From a virus (Duplodnaviria; Caudoviricetes): a stretch of DNA of 25,916 bases. The position numbers were made by a program, and so were the translations under genes. The notes beneath the pieces were generated by a model. The model did not search any database and was not told where the DNA came from. It saw only the letters and a list, made by a program, of their open reading frames with translations. The DNA lies in the IMG/VR virus record IMGVR_UViG_3300030376_007034, positions 1-25,916 of that record. One strand, 5' to 3'. Shown here one piece after another: positions 17,401 through 24,262 of this stretch (the stretch's first letter is position 1; each line of letters begins with the position of its first letter).

Positions 17401-18738
17401 GCGTGCCTGCCGGTCTTCGTGGTTTGCTAAAAGTACATCACGAGAAAAATCATTACCGGCTAGAGTGCCGACACCTGCTACTGTGTCTACTACCGCATCA
17501 GGGATAGAGCGTAGTATTGTCCCTACAAACTCATTTTTAAACTCGCTGTAATCTGTGATAGCTAAGAAATCATCTAAGATCTCATGCTGCTTGCGTCCTT
17601 CAGCTAACCCTTGAGTCAGTGCGTCATTCCAATCAGACGACAAATACGTATTGTTCAGCGTTTTAGTATAGCTGGGGTACAATGCTTGTAGTGACAAGTC
17701 TCGTTCGTTCTTAAACCTTTCTTTTTCTTTGTCTGAACGCCCCGCTATTGCCTGTTCAAAAATGTCTCTCTTGGCAAAGAGGTTCTGGTGGATAGCAGTA
17801 TCGCCATACCCGAAAGTCCTGATGTTGTTAGAAAGGTCATCCGAATCAAACTTGATTAGACCAGAACTCATAGCGGTCTGGCCTGCTACATACTCAATAG
17901 CAGCTAGTTTATCGGCAAGAGGTATAAACTCTGTGTCGGGGATGACTCGTTCTAGCTCGCGGACCACATCAACTTTCAAAGAGTCGGCGTCATAGTTGCC
18001 AACATCAGAAAAAGATTTGGTGTAGCGATTAAGAGCATCATCAAAGTAGCCATCACCTGAGGCATTGCGGAGCCCTAAAAAAGCTTCTTGGTAATTCTGG
18101 TATCTCCACAAGGGGGCGGTTTTGCCCTCTACAAGTCCAGTGCTTTTCTTTAACTCCAGAGCGTCTTCACTAGACACTAACCCAAAGTCACGGCTCTTCT
18201 GAAAAGCCTCGTAGAAAGACATGCCGTCAACAGCATCACCTCCTCTTAATCGTCTAGTACCGTCTGGGCCTTCGGTAATCCCAAAAGGGACAACACCGTC
18301 CCCCACTAATTTCTCTACTGCTTTATTGTAATTTTTATCTACGACATCAAAGGCTGCACTAAACAGCTCTTCCTCTTGTGCAAGGTATTCTTCTGTAGCT
18401 TCCCCGCTTTCCTTTATTTTTTGGAAAGCGTTGTATTGCCTAATCGGGTCAGCTTCTTCTAGCCCGTTCAACAAACCAGACCTTGTAACTATCTCTGATT
18501 TTTTCTCAAAACTCTGCGGTTCTGGTTTAACGAACTCCGCAATTTCTTCGCCGCTAAACCCATCGTTACGAAAAGAAGTAACCAGTTCGGAGCGAAGCGT
18601 CTCTTCTATATTATCGTTAAGAGTCTCATCCTCAACATAAGTATCCCGAAGGTAATCTATGTACTTTTTCTTCCTCTCAATAGGATCCTCAATACGGCTA
18701 GTAGCCGACCACTCGTTAATGTTTAATCGCTCAGACAC
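8317..18738 (-). CDS. Giant (3473 aa) putative internal virion / DNA-ejection protein of large polyvalent protein type
   Basis: Uninterrupted 10.4-kb ORF. Gly/Ala-rich hydrophobic segments and GEALEEG in the N-terminal third, Pro/Ala linker, zincin motif LLHEYLHAST...LEEFVA, and C-terminal AKTLGS..FYLRNIVGN and FLTPFLRF..E patterns seen in large phage virion proteins. CDS is certain; function is inferred. Confidence 0.75.
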   Translation of the reverse strand: MSERLNINEWSATSRIEDPIERKKKYIDYLRDTYVEDETLNDNIEETLRSELVTSFRNDGFSGEEIAEFVKPEPQSFEKKSEIVTRSGLLNGLEEADPIRQYNAFQKIKESGEATEEYLAQEEELFSAAFDVVDKNYNKAVEKLVGDGVVPFGITEGPDGTRRLRGGDAVDGMSFYEAFQKSRDFGLVSSEDALELKKSTGLVEGKTAPLWRYQNYQEAFLGLRNASGDGYFDDALNRYTKSFSDVGNYDADSLKVDVVRELERVIPDTEFIPLADKLAAIEYVAGQTAMSSGLIKFDSDDLSNNIRTFGYGDTAIHQNLFAKRDIFEQAIAGRSDKEKERFKNERDLSLQALYPSYTKTLNNTYLSSDWNDALTQGLAEGRKQHEILDDFLAITDYSEFKNEFVGTILRSIPDAVVDTVAGVGTLAGNDFSRDVLLANHEDRQARAQLAEMFGDKQGVVTTLGSMTAPVIFDIGATALLTATTGVGGAAYVGLKTGARVTTKGLVSGILAGGLRQKGTETIEQAANRLVTKRLIADFGDPKKNLQTAIKGIRKDQKDLIAATEKRLGRTLTSAERKNIVDQGDAAVSKLQKLAAPSALKKQSLASVDDAKSTLEATRKISAYKVIESYNKVVANKVAQGSAIFIPAATRSGSMTYASVYSALPNDMDEKDRHQKALYAGLAAGAVTGSLVLGFRAVGLGGVEDFMVGKATVGNVKSYLRNLSERLVTTGVVAEGGKVLSKDVLDLAIAKIAARGLPNSAKLLAQEGFRKAMPLVRGGVGEALEEGTDEFINSFIQTEFTGDDMLFSDRVKHAGMAAFYGGVFGVALPPLMRRTFGRGVRGQRAFDQQVLAQEEAVKRISDDLIASGSPQSAAAIEERLDQIKKRAAQGKAGDPAPAADTPAPQTEPAAEPTKEATPPREGPATPAGMDRQFELPLGDERSPQQLELPLDEGVAPQVRGDLLKELAELQARLETDPDEETRARIQEIRRQLETSEEQGEFNFSETPLFEQGRGRSDIETLADQLAQAFFNASVEEHRAAYRAAIKEGGPVALDEAGNFVGTSGASSAFANQLISQVSEVDGKAAKNLNFALLTGLISEEDLALIQVDANARGLDTNAVVNEVNDFLAIKMVSLVGPPQARELGDFQADLLSVVTQFLGRGEAEATPSNVKEFLRSEQGKKASFLTEEDAFLDSIEFVRKALGLSKREEAQAKKGLFEAQRDIFQEDLEQIVVERVEDLIKRGVRVRITRDNLYGIPDIAFKPSPFKTPLGEGNVPKQFKMGLLTAYINEQIENNFPIRTGADLVKGLPSDVTLETYRSRRSNIAYRADSENHVGAFNNDPFSMADMMRKFDGILIKVPTDEGGINPAFVFAEDGVTVVDVQGPHPTKENVTISLVRDAVIPQAVSKFFEKQTELNEGLNPNEGAKLKLQVTLGDPSKSETFTLFDSSADGEPEGYTIDDALKILSDRYEQGYEMVTEETSETSAGTETLAAEQGKNFAAVVTAIMRSGESTLRGKTFDTLRSTAMSEVFTVFEKFLKTQAILNTLLTSKVVAFEGGEYKVQKGKEAELFKYVKTPTENIAKRLVKGRGKDLPFNTDNEKKAVFIRQNGFLGQGEAAPKITTTARGSKLASDWEGKTLKAFFEKEFNNPIYNRQAGLLDRSGSYPDFFAIISAATNRASSRAAAVAEVGASLKAQTVSLDAPGGGVSIESPSDLNSNTVEETLDNIDGAIDGIINDFNLTKATEGERNTLAAGLRRAFVAASEERRRASAEQDASVLGPEKLLEVLARTYMGRSAAVKGSIDTVLNSLEVPATLTDFFAKLRATLDKTYISYTAPSFIFEKETEFYRQENQEVISRLGLESGNAESVVAAIREIAANSSSSLEREAARILLSNPDALSGTQFVIYDIPDGRAGFYDRSSNAVYVNLGGYNGSGLQSVLLHEYLHASTVDLLTRDNLTPKQARAKAQLIKLFNSLKGLKGDSRQGIREIKEFDFALSSLEEFVATFFSSSSFQNTLKTLRSDRKNVFQKVLDFFLNLFPARANAETRKAFRSLSDLVGLQQTNIALDPMGNAPSSLVGTLETVSRRFRATHEVEPSLRHFTDRPTESVQDPAPPQESLLFSSFEAMSETAAVTPQQEKTVRDLADQAIANINPAISVSVVEKTSEAARIFEGRPNASAVAVLLTDDSGETFPAIFVARQNLVNAVLAKEGLLKDELNVKGALEAVFAEEETHILEYRAIPQQEKDAYIASLSDIDFDEAIDEYTSDPELNARLKAGIAAGDAEIKDQMAGEIIRMQFQRIVRGTRTEEDIAFYESNPSLLRILLRYLARGFRRMYAKYNLKKNNPELSRMLNRMGRELKFISNGGAGYATRLPFDPRDPDAGYRVLARRFEATAREIDMDSSVEDVMARFKGLFDTLELPVLTFKNGKYSAYTYEKAAPTLAKAGQVAGALLVGDVDPRPLELEKRRQSFAAAVEKIGNSKLSAFERIRKQYPEVSDALISEASGSSADAFVDADFRRARRDLYGDWKRETEARVLAGELDPSAIKKPNRLKKYKELVTTAIEQEESKLKTEIETRISNARNLIKQSAEPLARAIQDIRAFVDALSNVMAETYGLKDSLKLKVDSQMGIYITRTYKLFTEEGYLDKILSDPNTEVYKNAYAYFEEMYVSTKARSLRRKSRKEGSEISYEEAKRAATLELESSKAQGDPVADAMEKYLYMLHSKTTGDYAKPAQGVTSALLSNLKERRNVPPVIQDLLGRYGDEEGIQNIFRTMGVVTQMIARQNYYNNLIELGSNPENGFVLTHAQVQQKIAEGDNSYRTWINLRKGTQFTQDAEPEPDSQLASDYDKTFNYYVPPEMAKGMRKMFSPSVSKDQTSTAEDGVSTMATALNFITGASLSAKTLGSAGFYLRNIVGNILYFAPAQGFGVPSLLKIMSRLPHVVKGFTNPDAFDAYYAELRSLNIIGGDIYASQIRELFTSKHVIRDTQKELSALTKLARKTGKAIDQTVLKRLERLSQQVDAFYKIAYFELEVENLKKAREWSRENNPTDESDIYLNMSDYEIKDMASKKVRKTAQSYADSLHLVEVAGKKFGSFLTPFLRFKTEVLRITVNTYKLAAEEIKSNNAVIRIRGLKRMAGINFVLLGMGMGIPTVLRTMLGIREDEDEFLRAAGPIYKKTNTFIYTKGFTPNTKDTIYSWDLTFLNPFAVETDPALRLLEHISRGEPLMGLKAAITNLTDTYLDEQIFLGAALDVRRNKRSDTGAPIYEDADGLTGYAKSIAYIFEEAYSPRTVATVIKAIKAKSFGDLPPDPSKSPETSLALELAPVKPWKVDAKLSFRRFLEKKRDERNRATSSLNLLKSTSSLTEGQIRRAVRKWVKTRKRVDEEIYRALYAANRIGLSPQEAKNIMSLRSLGMGQRRQQNIVFGEMDRPVFTKPFVDSVMGITPDGQVGLQRLRIGQEEIEKFGPSTLVLDIPDQ

Positions 18739-18764
18739 AGCTAAGTCAGGGTATGTAGTTTATG

Positions 18765-19775
18765 TTATTCTGGATTTACTAATCCTTTTATCTGAAATTC
18801 TTGCGGGTTTGTTACTAAATCATCGGGGTCTAAAGTGCCGCGCTCAATCATGGCTTCCTGCCTTAGCAGCTCTTGGTCAAACCGCTTATAAAGAGATTGG
18901 TCATCTTCATTCGCAAACTCAGATTCATCTCTTCCGGTAAGTAGAACCAGTCTATCTATTAGTTGATTGCGATATTCTGGAGCAAACGTTTTGCCTCCAG
19001 TCCTTGCGAACTGCTCCTTCAAATTTTTCTTGCCCTCTTCGTCCGCTTGCTTGAATGCCTCAGAATCTTCTAAATCAATGTTCTTGATTGTTCTAAGTTT
19101 GCGGAACCTTTCGAGTCTCGCTTGGTCGAGTTCAAACTTCTCGCCAGCCGCTTTAGCTTGAGACTTTTGTTTTTGGAGTCCGTCTAATCTAGAGAAGGCT
19201 GTCTGAGTGTCGATCTCCCCCATATCAAGCTGTTGGATTGTATCGAACCCTGCCTGACCGTAATTGAACAACTGATTACGAAGCTGGGCTTCTGTTGCTC
19301 TTGTTTTTGCGTTCCTCTGATTATCGTCGTCGATCTTTGCATCCACTGATTTAAGCGCTTCATTGTACGCATTTTTAAACAGTGGGTTATAGGCGAGCAT
19401 GTCTGGGTTATCTATACCCATCTTGAATATGGCATCTTTTTTATCGGCGGCAGGAAGTTCCCCCGTCACAATATTGCCAATAGCCTCGATCTTTTCTGGG
19501 TCTTGGGCTTCTTTGCGCCTAGCTAAATCTTCTTTTTGCTGGTCAAAAGCCAACATGCTCTGCCTAAAGGCAAGTTCTTGTGACTGCAATCTTGCAACAT
19601 TGTTCCGCATGTTGGCTAACCGATCTTCTAGTGGGGCTACATTATCAACATAGTTAGCCCTTAGCCTTCTAAAATCAGCAGGGTTCATATTAGCCCTTGC
19701 CTCAGGGAAAAATGAATTAGTGCCTGAAGCCACCCTAGCGAAGGCTTTAATGTCATTATTAAGATCAGTAGCCAT
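18765..19775 (-). CDS. Hypothetical helical/coiled-coil protein, putative internal virion protein
   Basis: 336-aa Q/E/K/A-rich ORF directly upstream of, and co-oriented with, the giant gene. Confidence 0.7.
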   Translation of the reverse strand: MATDLNNDIKAFARVASGTNSFFPEARANMNPADFRRLRANYVDNVAPLEDRLANMRNNVARLQSQELAFRQSMLAFDQQKEDLARRKEAQDPEKIEAIGNIVTGELPAADKKDAIFKMGIDNPDMLAYNPLFKNAYNEALKSVDAKIDDDNQRNAKTRATEAQLRNQLFNYGQAGFDTIQQLDMGEIDTQTAFSRLDGLQKQKSQAKAAGEKFELDQARLERFRKLRTIKNIDLEDSEAFKQADEEGKKNLKEQFARTGGKTFAPEYRNQLIDRLVLLTGRDESEFANEDDQSLYKRFDQELLRQEAMIERGTLDPDDLVTNPQEFQIKGLVNPE

Positions 19776-19776
19776 G

Positions 19777-20898
19777 CTATCGTGTGCGTATAGGATTGCG
19801 CCCTTTTAAAGGGGTTCCTCTAAACCCTGTTGATGCAGGATTAAGAGGTTCAAAAAATAACTGTTGTTGGGGTTGAGCAGCTCCTTGTCCTTGCCTAAGC
19901 CTGTTAAACTCATCAGCTAAATCGTTTATACGGTTCGCTGCTGCCGCTGCCGCTGCCTGTTCTTCTTGAATCTTCATCATGGCGTCGAGTTGTTTGGCTC
20001 TTTCAAGCTGCTCTTGTTCGCGGCGTTCAGGTGTAGAAATAGCGCTTCCTTCTTTGAGTCGGGCTTGAGCTGCTTGCATCCGTAACTGACTAGCAGTTTT
20101 CGTATCCCCTCTGCGTTGCGCTCTTCTTGCTTCTCTGTCTATCGCAGCAGAAGGTCTTTGAATAGATTTTGATGTCTGCATATCCGCAGGTCCTTCAGAA
20201 TAAAGCTGACCTCTTCTCAAAGCACTCCCTGACCCAAGCTGATAGTTGTCGTCTTGCATTAGTGTTTGACGCTCTACACCACGAGCATTAGCAACCCGCA
20301 TTGCAGCTTGTGCCCTTCGGGCAAATACTTCTTCAGCAGAAGGAGGGGCTTCTGGTGGTTTTTCAAAACCCCCTTCTCCAATGGCATCATCCCCTCCAAA
20401 ATCAACAGGCCCCGTGGTTTCAGGCATCGGGGTTCCGGTATCAGGTCTAAAAGAATCAATCTTATCCGCCCGTTCTTTTTCTGCTTTAGATGCTTCCCGC
20501 TTATCTAAAAACTCTGTTAAACTCCTGCGTTTGCTGGGCTGCCCTTTTTTATCTCCGGTATCCCGATTAAACAAAGCATCCATCTTTCGCATCTCTCGAT
20601 CTTGTTTGACGAGGATGTCCTCTTCTTCCTCTTCTGGTTTATTGAGATCAGGATAAAGTTCGGGGAAATTTTCTCTAAAATCTCTACCGACATTGGGGGC
20701 TTTCACCCTGTCGGGTTGTATTTGGCGGGATTTTTCAATCCCCTTGCGGATACCTGTTACGCCAGCGGTTATTGCAGCAGCAGGAAGTGCATACGCCTTG
20801 AGAGGCGCTGGAGCCAGCAGTCCGGCGATTGCGCTTTTTCCGGGGTTATCCCTGATTGTTTGCAGCAAGGATTTTTTGTCTTCGTCTTCTTCAGCCAT
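19777..20898 (-). CDS. Hypothetical low-complexity protein, putative internal virion/pilot protein (start revised to ATG 20898)
   Basis: MAEEDEDKKS start lies 2 bp after the upstream stop. N-terminal hydrophobic Ala/Gly stretch (SAIAGLLAPAPLKAYALPAAAITAGVTG), then charged, disordered and Gln/Ala-rich helical regions. Confidence 0.7.
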   Translation of the reverse strand: MAEEDEDKKSLLQTIRDNPGKSAIAGLLAPAPLKAYALPAAAITAGVTGIRKGIEKSRQIQPDRVKAPNVGRDFRENFPELYPDLNKPEEEEEDILVKQDREMRKMDALFNRDTGDKKGQPSKRRSLTEFLDKREASKAEKERADKIDSFRPDTGTPMPETTGPVDFGGDDAIGEGGFEKPPEAPPSAEEVFARRAQAAMRVANARGVERQTLMQDDNYQLGSGSALRRGQLYSEGPADMQTSKSIQRPSAAIDREARRAQRRGDTKTASQLRMQAAQARLKEGSAISTPERREQEQLERAKQLDAMMKIQEEQAAAAAAANRINDLADEFNRLRQGQGAAQPQQQLFFEPLNPASTGFRGTPLKGRNPIRTR

Positions 20899-20900
20899 GA

Positions 20901-21194
20901 TTACCAAAGGTGTTTGCAAGCCCAGTAACGGGCGGTCGTTTTGTCTTTTGCTGTAGCGCAGTTATGCCGTGCTCTAAAATTAGCGCGGCGCTTGGGGTCT
21001 TTGTGTTTCCTGAAATCGCTGTAGTCGCGGTGTCCATAGGAAACTTTCTTTATTTTGTCCCCCTGCTTACCCAATACTACAAATTTTTTCTTCGATCCTT
21101 TGGGTGCCCGCTTAGGCTTATTGAACCCAGCATAGGTCTCCCCCATATACTGTATTCTACCCGATGGTAGTCGTTTAAATCGCTTAGACGCCAC
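20901..21194 (-). CDS. Small basic protein, DUF5754-like
   Basis: KKKFVV...KKVSYGHRDYSDFRKHKDPKRRANFRARH.C...DKTTARYWACKHLW matches the recalled DUF5754-type pattern (KK..v.FG..gy.Dy..HkD..Rr..y..RH...ywa...LW). Confidence 0.7.
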   Translation of the reverse strand: MASKRFKRLPSGRIQYMGETYAGFNKPKRAPKGSKKKFVVLGKQGDKIKKVSYGHRDYSDFRKHKDPKRRANFRARHNCATAKDKTTARYWACKHLW

Positions 21195-21201
21195 AGGCTA
21201 T

Positions 21202-21230
21202 AAATTACCTTTTTGTAGGGATATTGTCAA
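21202..21230 (-). promoter_or_regulatory. Sigma70-type promoter TTGACA-N17-TAATTT for the virion-protein operon, probably leaderless
   Basis: On the - strand: TTGACA (21230-21225), 17 bp, TAATTT (21207-21202), 7 nt, then GTG start at 21194. Confidence 0.6.
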
Positions 21231-21251
21231 TTCTAGCCTAATTACTAAGCC

Positions 21252-21279
21252 TTGTAATATAACTGCTGGGCATTAGACT
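21252..21279 (+). promoter_or_regulatory. Possible divergent promoter TTGTAA-N16-TAGACT
   Basis: Near-consensus hexamers, with the -10 ending 8 nt before ATG 21288 and no Shine-Dalgarno. Confidence 0.4.
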
Positions 21280-21287
21280 TTACGCTT

Positions 21288-22370
21288 ATGTCTGAAAAGC
21301 TGTCTAAAGAAGACCTCAAAAAGCTTAGAGAACAGAGTCAGAAAGAGTTTTATGCTAGACTTCCAGAAGAAGCAAACGTAGGGCCTGTAAAACCAAGATC
21401 TAGTTTAGCTCGATTATTACGCGGCGTACGTAGAAAACCGGAGCTTGATGAAGTACCTCGTCTTTCGGCTGAAGACTTCACGAGAGACAGTGCGGAGCCC
21501 TACTACGATCAGGCACCCATAATAAGGAAAGAATCTTTAGCTAATGTCATTAGACCTTACTACGGAGAAAACTTAGACAGGGAAGTTAGGGAGGCTAGAA
21601 GAGCTAATTATGCTGTTGGAATGTCTACAGCCAAAAAAAGAATTGTAGACCCAATGTCTTACAGTAGAATATACGAGGATTTTCCTGTAGAATTGCAGGG
21701 GAGTGACAGGGCCTCATTTAGTTTACTTTCAGAAAAAGTAACGGGGCCTAATAAAACCGGACAGGAGAGGAGCAAAAAACGTTTTGAAAAAGCCAAGGAC
21801 GAATTGTCTTCTAGCGACCCTGAAACGCGTGAAGGCGGCGAATGGTTTTTTAAAGTGAATTCATTAGACCCTGATATGGGGGATTCCTCCCCCGAATCAA
21901 TGGTGCAACATGAACTAGGGCATGCCGCATACAGACCTGAATCTGCATCAGGGTTTGGGGATTTAGCCTACTCCAGAAGTAATACCCCATTCTATTTATT
22001 TAACGAAAAATTTTCTGGTCCTCCCGATAAGCAGGGCACATCTAAAACAGGAAGGCGGCACATACAAAAACCTTATGAAGTATTGCAAGCTGCGGGTCGA
22101 TTCCAGAGAGAATTTTTCAAAGAAACAGGAGATAGGGTTAAACCGGGAGAGTTCACAGACTTAGTTTTAAGTAAGGAAAAACCAGATTATTTGTCACAAG
22201 AGGGGCAGCGTCTTCTAAATTATGCTAAGGACAGCATAGAAAGAATTGATGACATCTATGAGGAAGAGGCGGCCGAAGGAATAAAAGAGATTTTTCTTGA
22301 GAGGTTAGAGGCCATTCTACCTACTGTTGTAGAGGCGGAGAACCCCTCGTTAAACCAGAGGGCGGTTTAA
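21288..22370 (+). CDS. Hypothetical protein with HExxH zincin-like motif
   Basis: 360 aa. MVQHELGHAAY (HELGH at 21909-21923), with downstream HIQKPYEVLQA supplying a candidate third ligand Glu. Confidence 0.7.
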   Translation: MSEKLSKEDLKKLREQSQKEFYARLPEEANVGPVKPRSSLARLLRGVRRKPELDEVPRLSAEDFTRDSAEPYYDQAPIIRKESLANVIRPYYGENLDREVREARRANYAVGMSTAKKRIVDPMSYSRIYEDFPVELQGSDRASFSLLSEKVTGPNKTGQERSKKRFEKAKDELSSSDPETREGGEWFFKVNSLDPDMGDSSPESMVQHELGHAAYRPESASGFGDLAYSRSNTPFYLFNEKFSGPPDKQGTSKTGRRHIQKPYEVLQAAGRFQREFFKETGDRVKPGEFTDLVLSKEKPDYLSQEGQRLLNYAKDSIERIDDIYEEEAAEGIKEIFLERLEAILPTVVEAENPSLNQRAV

Positions 22371-22445
22371 AAAGTCCTTCTTAAATCATATTGGTACTAT
22401 TCTTCTCAAGAATGGTACCAAGGGTAAATGGGGAGGACTTTTTAA
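22367..22445. terminator. Long nested inverted repeat between convergent genes, probable bidirectional terminator
   Basis: Outer 12-bp perfect IR TTAAAAAGTCCT (22367-22378) / AGGACTTTTTAA (22434-22445). Inner stem TTGGTACTATTCTT / AAGAATGGTACCAA (22391-22421). A T-run follows the outer stem on both strands. Confidence 0.6.
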
Positions 22446-24229
22446 GACAGCAAATGGCTATCGTTATTTTGGAGCGCCTGTCCCAGAGTCTTAATTGTAA
22501 CCCGCTTCCTGTATCCTGTACCCTTTTCGTCTTTGGGTGGGTCGATTGCCACGAGTCCCAAACGCTGCCTAGCACAGTCAAGAGCAAGGAATGCGGCATC
22601 AGCCAAGTCGGGGCTCCTGCCAAACCTAGACTTGAACTCGATCTTGGATTCAATTTTCACCTTCAAGGAACCAGTCTTAATCATGTCGTAGTTCCTAGCG
22701 CACATCTCCTGAGCAAGATCGGAGCTAATCCCGTAGATCTGTTTAGTCCTCATAAGTTCCTTACCCACAAACCATAACTCAGATACACGGTTCACGTAGA
22801 GTTCTTCACCAGTAAGCTGGCTGTTCATAGACACACGCTTGTCAGAAGCCTTCCCACCAAACGTTACCCTCATGAAGTTGGGCGACCACTCCCCCGCCAA
22901 GACATCACAGAAAGGAGCGCCCGCACCAGTGGAGTCCACCGCCACATTCTCTGGTGACACCTTGTGCTTCTTACAATGCTCTACAATCTGACTAACAATC
23001 TGATATGTGCGCGGCACTGCCTTGTTAGTTGCATCATCGTTGAGGTGGATCATCTCCGTAAACTGGCACACGTATTGGCCGTTTCTCGCGTAGCCCACCT
23101 CCGCAATCGACAAGATGGTCCGGTCACCCCCGTTAGTGAAAGCGGGGTCAATACCCGCCACAACTGTTGGGGTGTTGGCCCAATCTACTTTGCCCATCGC
23201 CCCGCTGTTGGATAACTCAGACTCCGCATATATGCCCGTGGTCTCGTCACTATCAAAGAAAATCGCCCTGACCATTCGCATATAGCCCCGTGACTCTGCC
23301 CCTAGTAACAGTCTATCTTCCTCTAGCTTAGGTGCGGTTGGTAACCAAGGGTACTTAACTTCCCCCAATAATATATTTGGGCTCCTCTCACCATCGAGAC
23401 GAATATACTTCCCTCCCCATTTCGTTTCCCACTCATCTGCACTCTGTATCTCTACTGAGTCCCACCCATTCTTTGGTTCTGACCACACCCCGAAAGCGTC
23501 AAACCGCGAGTTGGGGTTAGCCATCCCGATCATCTGGAAGTGGGGGTTCTTTGACAAGTTAGTCAGACCTGCATTGAGAATAGCCTCTGAGAGTTCAGAC
23601 AACTCATCGCCAATCAGGATCACTCTCTTCTGTTTAATACCGATAAACTTACCTACCGCTTCCCGCGTCTTGGACTTCTCCGCAGCGATCAAAGATAGAC
23701 CTGCTCGCTCGATAAGGTTCTCACGCTCATCGACATACGCCGCGTTCCCGATTGAATCCCGTATCTTGATTGGTGCTCCGTCAATCACTGACAAGAGCGA
23801 GATCACTGAACCCCAAATCCTTTTCCGTGCCTCACGTAACGTGGTGGAGGTCATAAGGATCAGGGTATCTCTGGGCTGGGATAACCAATTAACTATACCC
23901 CACGCAGCCATAGTGTGGGATTTACCTGACGAAGCCGACCCACCGACCGACAGGTATTTATTTTTTAGAGCAGCCCGTATCATCTGTTCTGCCCACGGAT
24001 GCCGAACCATCATAGGCTCTGGCAAATCTTCATGGTTCCAAAGCTCGTCGCATATACGCCAGAAGTAATATTCTTTTGCCGTCACCTTGGGGTGGTGGGC
24101 GAAGCCGTAAAGTAAAGCAGTCAGCAGGCTAGTAGGTGGTATCAAAAGACCCCCTACATCCATCTTCTTAGAATCAGGGTCAATGCGTGGCTCTATAACA
24201 CGCTTGCGTTTTGTGGGGTCTAAAGGCAT
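22442..24229 (-). CDS. terL: Terminase large subunit (start revised to ATG 24229, MPLDPTKRK...)
   Basis: Walker A GSASSGKS, Walker B VILIGDE, coupling motif GMANP, RNase H-like nuclease motifs AGIDPA...GGDRT, VAVDSTGAG and RSPDLADA. Confidence 0.93.
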   Translation of the reverse strand: MPLDPTKRKRVIEPRIDPDSKKMDVGGLLIPPTSLLTALLYGFAHHPKVTAKEYYFWRICDELWNHEDLPEPMMVRHPWAEQMIRAALKNKYLSVGGSASSGKSHTMAAWGIVNWLSQPRDTLILMTSTTLREARKRIWGSVISLLSVIDGAPIKIRDSIGNAAYVDERENLIERAGLSLIAAEKSKTREAVGKFIGIKQKRVILIGDELSELSEAILNAGLTNLSKNPHFQMIGMANPNSRFDAFGVWSEPKNGWDSVEIQSADEWETKWGGKYIRLDGERSPNILLGEVKYPWLPTAPKLEEDRLLLGAESRGYMRMVRAIFFDSDETTGIYAESELSNSGAMGKVDWANTPTVVAGIDPAFTNGGDRTILSIAEVGYARNGQYVCQFTEMIHLNDDATNKAVPRTYQIVSQIVEHCKKHKVSPENVAVDSTGAGAPFCDVLAGEWSPNFMRVTFGGKASDKRVSMNSQLTGEELYVNRVSELWFVGKELMRTKQIYGISSDLAQEMCARNYDMIKTGSLKVKIESKIEFKSRFGRSPDLADAAFLALDCARQRLGLVAIDPPKDEKGTGYRKRVTIKTLGQALQNNDSHLLS

Positions 24230-24262
24230 GCTTAAATTAGATATACGTGATTTTGTTGTAGA

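Noticed and set aside
8317-18738. Virion RNA polymerase (N4- or crAss-like) as identity of the giant protein
   Set aside because: No DxDGD/DFDID-type double-psi-barrel motif and no recognisable T7-type polymerase motifs found by eye. A highly diverged enzyme cannot be excluded without structure prediction.
8545-19653. Many + strand ORFs of 60-175 aa antisense to the giant gene and its neighbour (e.g. 13244-13753, 13799-14326)
   Set aside because: Ser/Leu-rich shadow frames expected opposite a long coding sequence, with no motifs or start signals.
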